From a virus (taxonomy: Duplodnaviria; Caudoviricetes), in IMG/VR virus record IMGVR_UViG_3300042940_000551, positions 100 through 64,099 of that record: a DNA stretch of 64,000 bases. One strand, 5' to 3'. Positions 55,692 to 64,000 of the stretch are shown here, piece after piece. A program made the position numbers and the translations under genes. The notes beneath the pieces are model-generated. The model worked only from the letters and a program-made list of their open reading frames with translations, had not been told where the DNA came from and did not search any database. Each line of letters starts with the position of its first letter. Within the stretch, counting starts at the first letter, position 1.

Positions 55692-57274
55692 TGATTAGAT
55701 ACGAAGAAGAAGATAACTCTAATGAGGTTAGTATATCTAACGTTGCGGACTGGATGAAATTTAATACTCCAGTAGAGTCAACAACAACAGATCCGTTTAA
55801 GATTGAAGGCGAAGATTTAACTAAGGTTTCAGGTCTAGGCTCATCATTCCGCCGAAAGATGAATAGAGAACTACAAAAAAGATTCCAGGGAATCGAAGGA
55901 ACAGAAACACAACAAAACCTACTTGCACAAGCCATTACTGGCTATGCAATGTTTGACCTTATTGAGCCACCATATAACTTAGATTATCTTTCTACCATTT
56001 ACGAAATTTCCCCATATAACTATGCAGCAATTAATGCAAAGGTTTCTAACATTGTAGGTCTTGGACACGATTTTGTTGAGACAAGAAAGACACAAGAAGC
56101 ATTCGATAACATTACAGATGATAAGCAGTTAGATAGAGCACGTAGAAAACTGAATAGACTACGTCAAGATCTTTATGATTGGCTAGAGGAATGTAACGAA
56201 GAAGAAACATTTACAGAAACTTTAATTAAGGCCTACACAGATGTAGAGGCTACTGGAAACGGATACCTTGAAATTGGTAGAACCTCTGCTGGGAAAATTG
56301 GATATATTGGACATATACCAGCAAAGACTATGCGTGTGCGCCGCTTGCGTGACGGCTTTATTCAACTGCTTTATGGAAAGGCTGTATTCTTCCGTAACTT
56401 CGGAGATCAAGAAACAGACAATCCAATCGATGGCGGACTAGAGCGTCCAAATGAAATTATTCACCTAAAGAAATATACACCAACAAATAACTATTATGGC
56501 ATTCCAGATATTGTAGCGTCTTCAAATGCTATGGCTGGAAACGAGTTTGCTGGCAAGTACAACCTAGACTACTTTGAAAACAAGGCGGTTCCAAGATACA
56601 TTATCACAGTAAAGGGCGCTAAGCTATCTACAGAGTCTGAGCGTAAGTTGCTAGAATTCTTCCAGGTAGGACTAAGAGGAAAAAACCATAGATCTCTATA
56701 TATTCCGCTTCCACCAGATTCACCAGATGCCAAGGTTGAATTTAAGATGGAGCCAATTGAGGCAGGAACTCAAGAGTCTTCATTTAATGTGTATCGTAAA
56801 TCTAACAGAGACGAAATTCTATTATCTCACCGTGTGCCAATTAATAAAATTGGAACTCCAGAAGGAGTTAATTTAGCGGTAGCAAGAGATGCCGATAAGA
56901 CATTTAGAGAGCAAGTTTGTCGTCCAGCTCAAATGAATTTGGAAAAGAAATTAAATAAAATAATTGAGGAAATGACAGATGCTCTATTACTTAAATTTAA
57001 TGAGCTCACATTGACCGATGAGGATACCCAATCTAAGATAGACGAGAGATATTTAAGAATGCAGGTAATTACTCCAAATGAAGTTAGAATTAGAATGGGC
57101 ATGGTTCCGCTTGACGGCGGGGATAAAGTGGTCGAATTAAAGCCACAACAACAGGCTGAAGCAAGGGCACAGGCAGGAAAGACTAGAACTAGAGATTCCG
57201 AAAGATCAGCAAATTCACCCGATATGTCGGGGGAAGGCCGAAATGCTCAGGGAGATGGAAGACAAGTCGACTAA
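55691..57274 (+). CDS. portal protein
   Basis: TGNGYLEI, NEIIHLK, YYGIPD, YF.N.AVP, ITPNEVR. Confidence 0.93.
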   Translation: MIRYEEEDNSNEVSISNVADWMKFNTPVESTTTDPFKIEGEDLTKVSGLGSSFRRKMNRELQKRFQGIEGTETQQNLLAQAITGYAMFDLIEPPYNLDYLSTIYEISPYNYAAINAKVSNIVGLGHDFVETRKTQEAFDNITDDKQLDRARRKLNRLRQDLYDWLEECNEEETFTETLIKAYTDVEATGNGYLEIGRTSAGKIGYIGHIPAKTMRVRRLRDGFIQLLYGKAVFFRNFGDQETDNPIDGGLERPNEIIHLKKYTPTNNYYGIPDIVASSNAMAGNEFAGKYNLDYFENKAVPRYIITVKGAKLSTESERKLLEFFQVGLRGKNHRSLYIPLPPDSPDAKVEFKMEPIEAGTQESSFNVYRKSNRDEILLSHRVPINKIGTPEGVNLAVARDADKTFREQVCRPAQMNLEKKLNKIIEEMTDALLLKFNELTLTDEDTQSKIDERYLRMQVITPNEVRIRMGMVPLDGGDKVVELKPQQQAEARAQAGKTRTRDSERSANSPDMSGEGRNAQGDGRQVD

Positions 57275-57327
57275 CCCTGCTCAACCAGTATTTGCCTTTT
57301 TATGTATAGATAAATATAATTAAGCAT

Positions 57328-58650
57328 ATGAATATTGAGAAATCTCTTTGGTCTTCTAATGGCGACGACATTACACTGTCGATCCCATTCACCAAAGTTA
57401 ATCGTGAAAAAAGAACAGTTTCGGGATTTGCAACATTAGACAATGTTGACCAAACTGGAGATGTTGTTACGGCTGAAGCAAGCTTGAAAGCATTTGAAAA
57501 TTTCCGTGGAAATCTTCGTGAGATGCATCAACCAGTTGCAGTAGGCAAAGTTGTTTCTTTTAAACCAGAGACATATTATGATTCAGCAACAAAAGAATTT
57601 TTTAACGGAGTTTATGTAGACGCTTATATTTCAAAGGGCGCACAGGATACTTGGGAGAAAGTTTTAGACGGAACTCTTCAAGGATTCTCAATAGGCGGAA
57701 AAATTATTGATTCAGAAAACGAAGTCAATAAGGCAACAGGTAAGAGTGTAAGATTTATTAAAGATTATTCATTGATGGAACTTTCCATTGTTGACTCACC
57801 AGCAAACGAGCTCTGCAATATTTTGTCTATTTCAAAAAGAAATGGTCAGCTAGTATTTAAAGGAATGGCAGCAGAGATCGCAACTGAAAATATTTTTTAT
57901 TGTGCAGACAGTGATTCAGTATTTATGTCAACAGATTCATCATACGACTCCCCAGTTACAGGAAAGCCTGCAACACTAATTGGATGGGTAGAGTCAAACG
58001 ATGTTAACAAAGCAAAAGAAATAGATAAGATTCTTGATTTACATAAAAAATCAAGATTGTCCATGCCTGAAACACAAATTGCAAAACAGGCAGACATAGA
58101 AGGAGGTAAAGAAGTGTCAGATAATACAGAAAACGTAGTTGCAGATGCAGTAGCAGAAGCAGCCGTAGAAGACACAGCAGCAGTTGCTCCCGTAGAGGAA
58201 GCACCAGCTGTTGAAGAAGCTCCTGCAGATGCAGTAGCAGACGCTTCTGCCGAAGTTCTAGAAAAAGCAGCCGACGTATCAGAAGTTATGGTTGATGAAC
58301 CTGATTTTGCAAAGATGCTAGTCGATCTTAAGGGCTTTTTCTCAGACACACTAAATAAGGCTTCAGAAGCTAATGCCGCACAAGTTACAGCTATTAAAGA
58401 TACAGTTGAGACTTTCAGCAAGAGCGTAGATGTTCGAATTTCAGAATTGGCAGAGCAACACTCAGCACTTTCAAGTGCTGTACAAGACATCAAGAACACG
58501 ATTGATGGTGTAGAAAAGCGTGTCGACGCAGTAGAATCAGAGACTGCAATTAAGAAGTCCTCAGACCTTGGCGGGTCTCAGGAAGTAACAATCAAGAAAT
58601 CAAAGTGGAACGGTTCTTTCCTCGGTTCCGTAAACGAAATTTTTAACTAA
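57328..58650 (+). CDS. HK97-type prohead protease fused to scaffold-like region
   Basis: VSGFA, DQTGD, LREMH, GFSIGG, ELSIVDSPAN; acidic/Ala C-terminal coiled coil. Confidence 0.9.
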   Translation: MNIEKSLWSSNGDDITLSIPFTKVNREKRTVSGFATLDNVDQTGDVVTAEASLKAFENFRGNLREMHQPVAVGKVVSFKPETYYDSATKEFFNGVYVDAYISKGAQDTWEKVLDGTLQGFSIGGKIIDSENEVNKATGKSVRFIKDYSLMELSIVDSPANELCNILSISKRNGQLVFKGMAAEIATENIFYCADSDSVFMSTDSSYDSPVTGKPATLIGWVESNDVNKAKEIDKILDLHKKSRLSMPETQIAKQADIEGGKEVSDNTENVVADAVAEAAVEDTAAVAPVEEAPAVEEAPADAVADASAEVLEKAADVSEVMVDEPDFAKMLVDLKGFFSDTLNKASEANAAQVTAIKDTVETFSKSVDVRISELAEQHSALSSAVQDIKNTIDGVEKRVDAVESETAIKKSSDLGGSQEVTIKKSKWNGSFLGSVNEIFN

Positions 58651-58671
58651 AAAAAGGTAGGTGAAATATAA

Positions 58672-59730
58672 ATGAGCAATGAAACATTAGAAAAAGCAAT
58701 TGCAGCAGGTACAACTGCTACAGGTACTTTTGCTTCCACTACAGGTGGAACAGGTACACACCGTGCTTCCGAAAACGGAAACGGCGGTTTGCTTAACGCA
58801 GAACAATCAGCTCGCTTTCTAGACTACATGTTCGACGCAACCGTAATTGGTAAGGTCGCCCGTACAGTCCGCATGAGAGCAGATACAACAGAGATTGATC
58901 GTATGTCAGTCGGCGAGAAGCTTATGAAGCTCGCAACTGAAGGAGATGACACCGCAGCAAACGCAGCAGTGACTTTCTCAAAGATCTCTCTTACAACTAA
59001 GAAGCTTCGTCTAGATTGGGAGCTTTCAACTGAGTCTCTAGAAGACAATATTGAAGGTGCTGATCTTGAAGATCATATTGCCAGACTTATGGCAACACAA
59101 GCAGGTAATGATATTGAGGATGTAGTTCTTAACGGAAATACAGCTCTTTCATCAGATAACTTGTACAAGGCATTTGACGGTGTAGTAAAGAAGGCTAAGA
59201 CTTCAGGTCGTGTAGTTGATGCAGCAGGAGCTAATATCTCCCGTGCAGTATTCAACTCAGCACTTAAGGCTTTGCCACGTAAGTACAAGCAACGTCGTTC
59301 TGACCTTAGATTCCTTTCAGGTTCAAACCTGATTCAGGATTATCTATACACAGCATCACTACTAGGTGCAGATGGATCAGCTAACCCACAAGATATCGCT
59401 TCAAGCGTAATCCGTGGACAAGGCGTACAGCCTCTAGGCGGTCCAGCAGGATATGTGGCACCATTCGCATTTGGTATTCCAATTGTTGAAGTTCCACTAC
59501 TTCCAGAAGCACAGACTGGTGATCACTCAGGAGCATCAGGTTCACACGGTGACGTCCACTTGACATTCCCAAATAACGTAGTTATTGGTATCAAGCGTGA
59601 CGTAACAGTTTACCGCTTCTTCTGGCCACGTAAGGACTCAATCGAGTACACAATGTTTACTCGTGTTGGCGTTCAAATCGAACAAGCAGACGCTTGGGTC
59701 GTTGTAAAGAACGTTAAGGTCGCTTCCTAA
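58672..59730 (+). CDS. major capsid protein (HK97 fold)
   Basis: GGLL.EQ..RF, LEDNIEG, GNDIED, GIKRD.TV; strong codon bias. Confidence 0.93.
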   Translation: MSNETLEKAIAAGTTATGTFASTTGGTGTHRASENGNGGLLNAEQSARFLDYMFDATVIGKVARTVRMRADTTEIDRMSVGEKLMKLATEGDDTAANAAVTFSKISLTTKKLRLDWELSTESLEDNIEGADLEDHIARLMATQAGNDIEDVVLNGNTALSSDNLYKAFDGVVKKAKTSGRVVDAAGANISRAVFNSALKALPRKYKQRRSDLRFLSGSNLIQDYLYTASLLGADGSANPQDIASSVIRGQGVQPLGGPAGYVAPFAFGIPIVEVPLLPEAQTGDHSGASGSHGDVHLTFPNNVVIGIKRDVTVYRFFWPRKDSIEYTMFTRVGVQIEQADAWVVVKNVKVAS

Positions 59731-59752
59731 TTATTAGGATTTAGATCCCATT

Positions 59753-59788
59753 GAAGGCCCCCTAAATTAATTTTTGGGGGGCTTTTCA
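59753..59788 (+). terminator. intrinsic terminator
   Basis: gaaggccccc-taaattaatttt-gggggcttttc. Confidence 0.85.
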
Positions 59789-59838
59789 TTTTAATTTAGT
59801 AATGCTATAATTGATTTGAGTAGAATGAGGAGATTATC

Positions 59839-60240
59839 GTGTCATTTGAGACATTAAAGATATCTGAACTAAAGAAAATTGCAGAAGATTTTGCAGTTGA
59901 AACACAGGGCTTAAAGAATAAGGCCGACATAATCGCAGCTCTTGCAGAAGAGGGCGTAACCTGGTCTGTATATAGCAAGACCATTAAGCAAATCGAAGAG
60001 GAATTAGAAAATATGGATACAGAGGTACTACCTAAGTTTGATCCAAAAGCGGAACAACCAGAAAATACAGTATTGGTCAGAATGACCAGAGATAATTTTA
60101 GATATGATATTATGGGAGTTACTTTTACGAAAGAGCACCCATTTGTAGCAATGAGCAGAGATGACGCTCAAGAAATTTTTGACAAGGAGGAGGGTTTTAG
60201 ATTAGCAACTCCAAAGGAAGTCCAGGAGTATTACAACTAA
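59839..60240 (+). CDS. Rho-N/HeH-like domain protein
   Basis: LK.SELKKIA..F..E..G..KADII. Confidence 0.65.
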   Translation: MSFETLKISELKKIAEDFAVETQGLKNKADIIAALAEEGVTWSVYSKTIKQIEEELENMDTEVLPKFDPKAEQPENTVLVRMTRDNFRYDIMGVTFTKEHPFVAMSRDDAQEIFDKEEGFRLATPKEVQEYYN

Positions 60241-60254
60241 TCTAAGCCTATAAA

Positions 60255-61238
60255 ATGGCAGAGGTATATGTAAACAGTCAGTCGCCAATAAAGCATCAAG
60301 TTTTTTGGAACGGTGATGTATCTAATGCAGACGCCCTTCCAGTTGTAAAACTGTTTGATGTTACAAAAGATCCAGCAATAAGTCCAGGAATAAATCCAGC
60401 TCAAGTAATAGCAACTCTTACTTCACAGCTTGATGAGTTGAATCCTGGCTCTTATGTGGTAAATATTCCTTATGTCCATACGCAAAGAAATAAAACTTTA
60501 AGGCTTCAATGGGAGTATCAGGTTCAAAGCACAAACGTTGCTAAGTCTGATGAGGTTTTTGTAGTAACACCATATGTTGATTTCAACCATGCTCAAGATC
60601 TAGGGTTTAGTACAGATTCTTCTGATCCAAACTATAGATCATATAAAGAACTGCAGGCAGCTGAAAAGTATGCTCGCAAACAGATAGAGCAGCACACGGG
60701 ACAAAGTTTTTATTTGTATGATGATCTTTATGTTGTTTATGGATATGATTCAGACATTCTCCCACTACCAGCAAAGATTACTACAATACATAAACTGTAT
60801 GCTAGGGACATCTTACTGTTAGACACAATTAATCAAATAGATAATTGGAACTATCCAGTAGAAATATCTGAAACAGGATACGGAATTAAAATTAATCGTG
60901 CAGGAATGTTGGACAATACAGTATATACCGCTAACGGCATGGTTCCTCCAACAATTCATGATTATGATGGCGGTATATTTAAATCTGGAGTTCCTTATAA
61001 GGTTCAAGGGCGATTTGGATGGGACAAGGTTCCAGACGATGTAGAGCTGGCAGCAATTGAATTAATGAAAGACTACTTTAATAAGGACACTGTATGGAGA
61101 AATAAGTATATAAAGAAGATATCCACATTTGACTGGGATTTTGAATATACTGGAGAAGCACATACTGGCACAGGAAATGCTTATGCGGATAAGCTATTAG
61201 CTGACTATGTTCTTACAACAAAGGTAGAGATTATCTAA
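60255..61238 (+). CDS. head-tail adaptor-like protein
   Basis: Position after capsid; IE..TGQ.F, G.FGW..VP.DV..A. Confidence 0.7.
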   Translation: MAEVYVNSQSPIKHQVFWNGDVSNADALPVVKLFDVTKDPAISPGINPAQVIATLTSQLDELNPGSYVVNIPYVHTQRNKTLRLQWEYQVQSTNVAKSDEVFVVTPYVDFNHAQDLGFSTDSSDPNYRSYKELQAAEKYARKQIEQHTGQSFYLYDDLYVVYGYDSDILPLPAKITTIHKLYARDILLLDTINQIDNWNYPVEISETGYGIKINRAGMLDNTVYTANGMVPPTIHDYDGGIFKSGVPYKVQGRFGWDKVPDDVELAAIELMKDYFNKDTVWRNKYIKKISTFDWDFEYTGEAHTGTGNAYADKLLADYVLTTKVEII

Positions 61239-61666
61239 TGAACGACTTGATAGACTCAGTGCTATCTATGTATCTAGATGTTTATAAGCAAAACGAAACT
61301 CAAGATGCAGACACTGGTGCTATTGTTCGTGAGTGGTCTTACTATAAAACTGTAGCCTGTCATGCAAAGGGTGTTATTAGCAACTCTGCGACAACCAGAT
61401 CTAGCGATAAGCAGATCTTTTCAAACAAGTATTTAAATGATCAAATCATTCAAGTTAGAACATCTGAAAGACTAACCCCCCGAGAAAAGGTCACTAACAT
61501 TAGAGACAATGAGGGAAATGTTATCTGGCATGAAATAAATTTTCCTAACGAAACTCCAACCGTATTTGAGGTAATGGGAACTACCCCAGTCACAGACCCA
61601 TTTGGTCGTGTGATAGCATATAACTCATCTATGAAGAGATCGGAGAACCAGCAAATTGGACAATAG
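61238..61666 (+). CDS. head closure/stopper protein
   Basis: Synteny; D.DTGA..R.W. Confidence 0.6.
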   Translation: MNDLIDSVLSMYLDVYKQNETQDADTGAIVREWSYYKTVACHAKGVISNSATTRSSDKQIFSNKYLNDQIIQVRTSERLTPREKVTNIRDNEGNVIWHEINFPNETPTVFEVMGTTPVTDPFGRVIAYNSSMKRSENQQIGQ

Positions 61667-62438
61667 TAATCTTCTAGTTCAGGCTTCTAGCGGTCTTGAG
61701 AGACTTATGTATGAAAACCGTAAAGGGGTATTAAAGGATAGTACAGTGGCACAAGTATCGGCATATGTATATTACAGCGCTTCTGTCATATCAAAACTTA
61801 CTACCAATAAACAATTTAAGCATGCATTTACTACGGTTATATTTGAACAGATAGATAAAGATTTTGGTGAGTATATAGATGCCCTTGCTAGAACAAGACC
61901 TAAATCACTGCATCATGTGTATGAATGGAATAAGGCTGGAAACAAGTCTTCAAGGTTGTTTAAGCTAAATAAGATATCTGAAAACGGATTATCTTTTAGA
62001 GTAAATTATGAATTTAAGCCATCTAGATCTTTAGTTCCATCTGAAACAAGCCGACGCAGACACATGTTTATAAATAAGGCAGAGGTAATGGAAAAAGGAC
62101 TTCCTCTAACCATAAGACCAAAGAATGCAGAAAGACTAGTGTTTGAATATAATGGAGAGACCGTCTTTATGCCAAAAGGAGCTTCAGTTACAGTAAGACG
62201 TCCTGGAGGATCAGCCGCAACAAATCAATTTAATCTAGCTCACTCTAGATTCTTTAGTGGTCAACTAGTCAACTCTTCAATTAGAAAATCTGGTTTTCAG
62301 AGACTATTTAATTCGAGTATGACTAAGGCACTAAGTGTTCCTTCAAATATAAAGAAAGTTCAATATAGCTTTACTGCTAATACTATTAGGTCGCAGGCGG
62401 ATTCAGAATTATCACTGGCATTTGGAGGTGCACTATGA
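61656..62438 (+). CDS. neck/tail completion-like protein
   Basis: Synteny; HHVYEW. Confidence 0.55.
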   Translation: MDNSNLLVQASSGLERLMYENRKGVLKDSTVAQVSAYVYYSASVISKLTTNKQFKHAFTTVIFEQIDKDFGEYIDALARTRPKSLHHVYEWNKAGNKSSRLFKLNKISENGLSFRVNYEFKPSRSLVPSETSRRRHMFINKAEVMEKGLPLTIRPKNAERLVFEYNGETVFMPKGASVTVRRPGGSAATNQFNLAHSRFFSGQLVNSSIRKSGFQRLFNSSMTKALSVPSNIKKVQYSFTANTIRSQADSELSLAFGGAL

Positions 62439-62947
62439 CAGCAAACTATAAATTAGATGCAATGCTGGAGCTCAGAAAGTACCTTTGGAAGCAACTATAT
62501 ACTAGAAACATATTTGATGAAAACGATTACTGGAGCGATAATCTAAATGAGAATATTGTCCCTATCATTCCAGTCCAGCAGTCAGCCGAAATGAATCAAT
62601 TCTTGAGCGGGAAAAAGCATATTGTTTATGACAAGATTGGCATGTCCTATGAGGATAACTGGCTTATCTGTTGTGAGCAAATATTGTTTACCCTTTACTC
62701 AACCGATATATCAGAGATTAATGAAATTAGAAACTATATGACTGACGAGTTTAGAAGGATGGACGAGTCGGCAAGAGATATTAATAAATGGAACGATCTG
62801 TCGGATAAATTTAAATTCCATAGCGTATGGGTGGCTGATATATCCCCAACAGCCCCCTCAGAAGAGCTTCAAGGCTTTTTCTCGGCAGAGGTCATATTAG
62901 AGATAAAATATTCTAGAATAACAAATGGCCAGGGCAGGTTCCTCTAG
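62435..62947 (+). CDS. tail terminator-like protein
   Basis: Immediately upstream of major tail protein. Confidence 0.55.
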   Translation: MTANYKLDAMLELRKYLWKQLYTRNIFDENDYWSDNLNENIVPIIPVQQSAEMNQFLSGKKHIVYDKIGMSYEDNWLICCEQILFTLYSTDISEINEIRNYMTDEFRRMDESARDINKWNDLSDKFKFHSVWVADISPTAPSEELQGFFSAEVILEIKYSRITNGQGRFL

Positions 62948-63072
62948 GGTTTGCCTTTTTACCCGAAATACAATAAACTTATACCAAGAGGAAAGGCCTA
63001 GCCAGCCAAGATTTTAAGATTTAAAATTTAACAACTTAATATTTTAAGAATTCCAGGAGGTGGAAACACAAT

Positions 63073-63801
63073 ATGGCACAAAACGCAGGTAATGCTAAAA
63101 ACATTCTCGTAGGTGCATCTCCGTTGTTTATTTCAAACATTGATTCAACAACATCAGGATACGCTACATACGAAAACTCAGAACCAGGTACAACCAACGC
63201 ATCAGCATTTGCAACAGGCGTATCTTACACAGATACTCTTAACGCAAAGGATACTGGTACTTTCTATTACAGAAACGTAGGTTTTACAAACAACGGTTTG
63301 CAGATTACATACAATCCAACATTCGATTCAGTAACTGTTGACCAGTTGCTTGATACAGCTAAGCTGTTCAAGTCAGCGATGGAGGTTATGATCGCAACTG
63401 AAATGTCAGAAGGTACACTAGAAAACGTTCTAGTTATTTTCGGTCAGCCAGACGATCCAACTAACAACACATCAATTTCACAAAATAACACAATTATTAA
63501 AACAGGTACACCAGGAACAACCAACGAGAGAAATACTCTTGGTTTGGCTGCTGGTGCTCTTGGTATCGCTCCAACAGAGCGTCAACTAATTGCAGTTGGA
63601 CAAGCTCCAACTACATCAGGATCTAACACAGAGCGTGTATACTATGCACGTCGTGTTTTGTCAGTACAGCAATCAGCTTTCACATTGGCAAGATCAGCCC
63701 CAACTACATTCCCAGTAACATTCCGTCTTCTTCCAACCGCTATGAGCGGCTACGAAGGACAAGAGTACGGTAAGATTATTGACCGTGTATTGGCAGTATA
63801 A
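63073..63801 (+). CDS. major tail (tube) protein
   Basis: GFTNNGL.ITY.PT, V.VDQL, E..LEN, PVTF; terminator follows. Confidence 0.85.
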   Translation: MAQNAGNAKNILVGASPLFISNIDSTTSGYATYENSEPGTTNASAFATGVSYTDTLNAKDTGTFYYRNVGFTNNGLQITYNPTFDSVTVDQLLDTAKLFKSAMEVMIATEMSEGTLENVLVIFGQPDDPTNNTSISQNNTIIKTGTPGTTNERNTLGLAAGALGIAPTERQLIAVGQAPTTSGSNTERVYYARRVLSVQQSAFTLARSAPTTFPVTFRLLPTAMSGYEGQEYGKIIDRVLAV

Positions 63802-63817
63802 TTAAGTAATTAATTAT

Positions 63818-63845
63818 GGAGGCCCCCAAGAAATTGGGGGCTTTC
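63818..63845 (+). terminator. intrinsic terminator
   Basis: gaggccccc-aagaaatt-gggggctttct. Confidence 0.85.
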
Positions 63846-63906
63846 TGCTTGTATTAGGAGATTCTATTTAGTATAATGATTATGACTAGATCCTAGGAGG
63901 ATTAAA

Positions 63907-64000
63907 TTGGCAACAACAGTATATGACGTAGAAGAAATACAGCTACAAAATGGGCAAACAGCAAAGCTCAAACCGCTATCTATTAAAGAACTTCGTAAGT
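63907..64000 (+). CDS. 3'-truncated probable tail assembly chaperone
   Basis: AGGAGG RBS, TTG start, ATTVYDVEEIQLQNG...KPLSIKELRK. Confidence 0.65.
   Translation, partial: MATTVYDVEEIQLQNGQTAKLKPLSIKELRK

Noticed and set aside
1-64000. Alternative genetic code or stop-codon recoding
   Set aside because: Known proteins are full length under the standard code and no suppressor tRNA is present
63907-64000. Programmed frameshift in the tail chaperone
   Set aside because: The gene is truncated by the window edge, so a slippery site cannot be assessed

Overview
64 kb segment of a large, low-GC tailed phage that almost certainly infects Actinobacteria. Evidence: WhiB, an Lsr2-like protein, a Gp88-like protein, many leaderless genes, and a portal/protease/capsid/tail order like large Streptomyces-type siphoviruses. 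A low-GC freshwater actinobacterial host is inferred. Layout: 1-14.7 kb (+) has the lysis cassette, WhiB, HslV-like and subtilisin proteases, a UV-glycosylase, thioredoxin, a glycosyltransferase and many small ORFs. 15.2-28.8 kb (-) is a block of small putative early genes in short cassettes. 28.9-36.7 kb has a candidate ncRNA, FkbM methyltransferase, HNH, 4 tRNAs, two more glycosyltransferases, a transglycosylase and class II RNR. 37-55 kb (+) is a long fibre/adhesin cluster. 55-64 kb (+) is portal to major tail protein. No integrase, terminase, polymerase or CRISPR array is in the window. The strongest unexplained signal is non-coding. The minus-strand block repeats a regulatory unit: hairpin, CAGGG-N16-CGTAA scaffold, then an unusual TGTC(A/G)G-N10-TAnnAT promoter (17 copies). 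These units carry matches to host factor sites: helically phased CRP boxes, 7 perfect DnaA boxes, WhiA-type GACAC boxes and one LexA box. A parS-like site and three structured RNA candidates lie in or beside the block. All functions come from motif recognition by eye; no searches were run.
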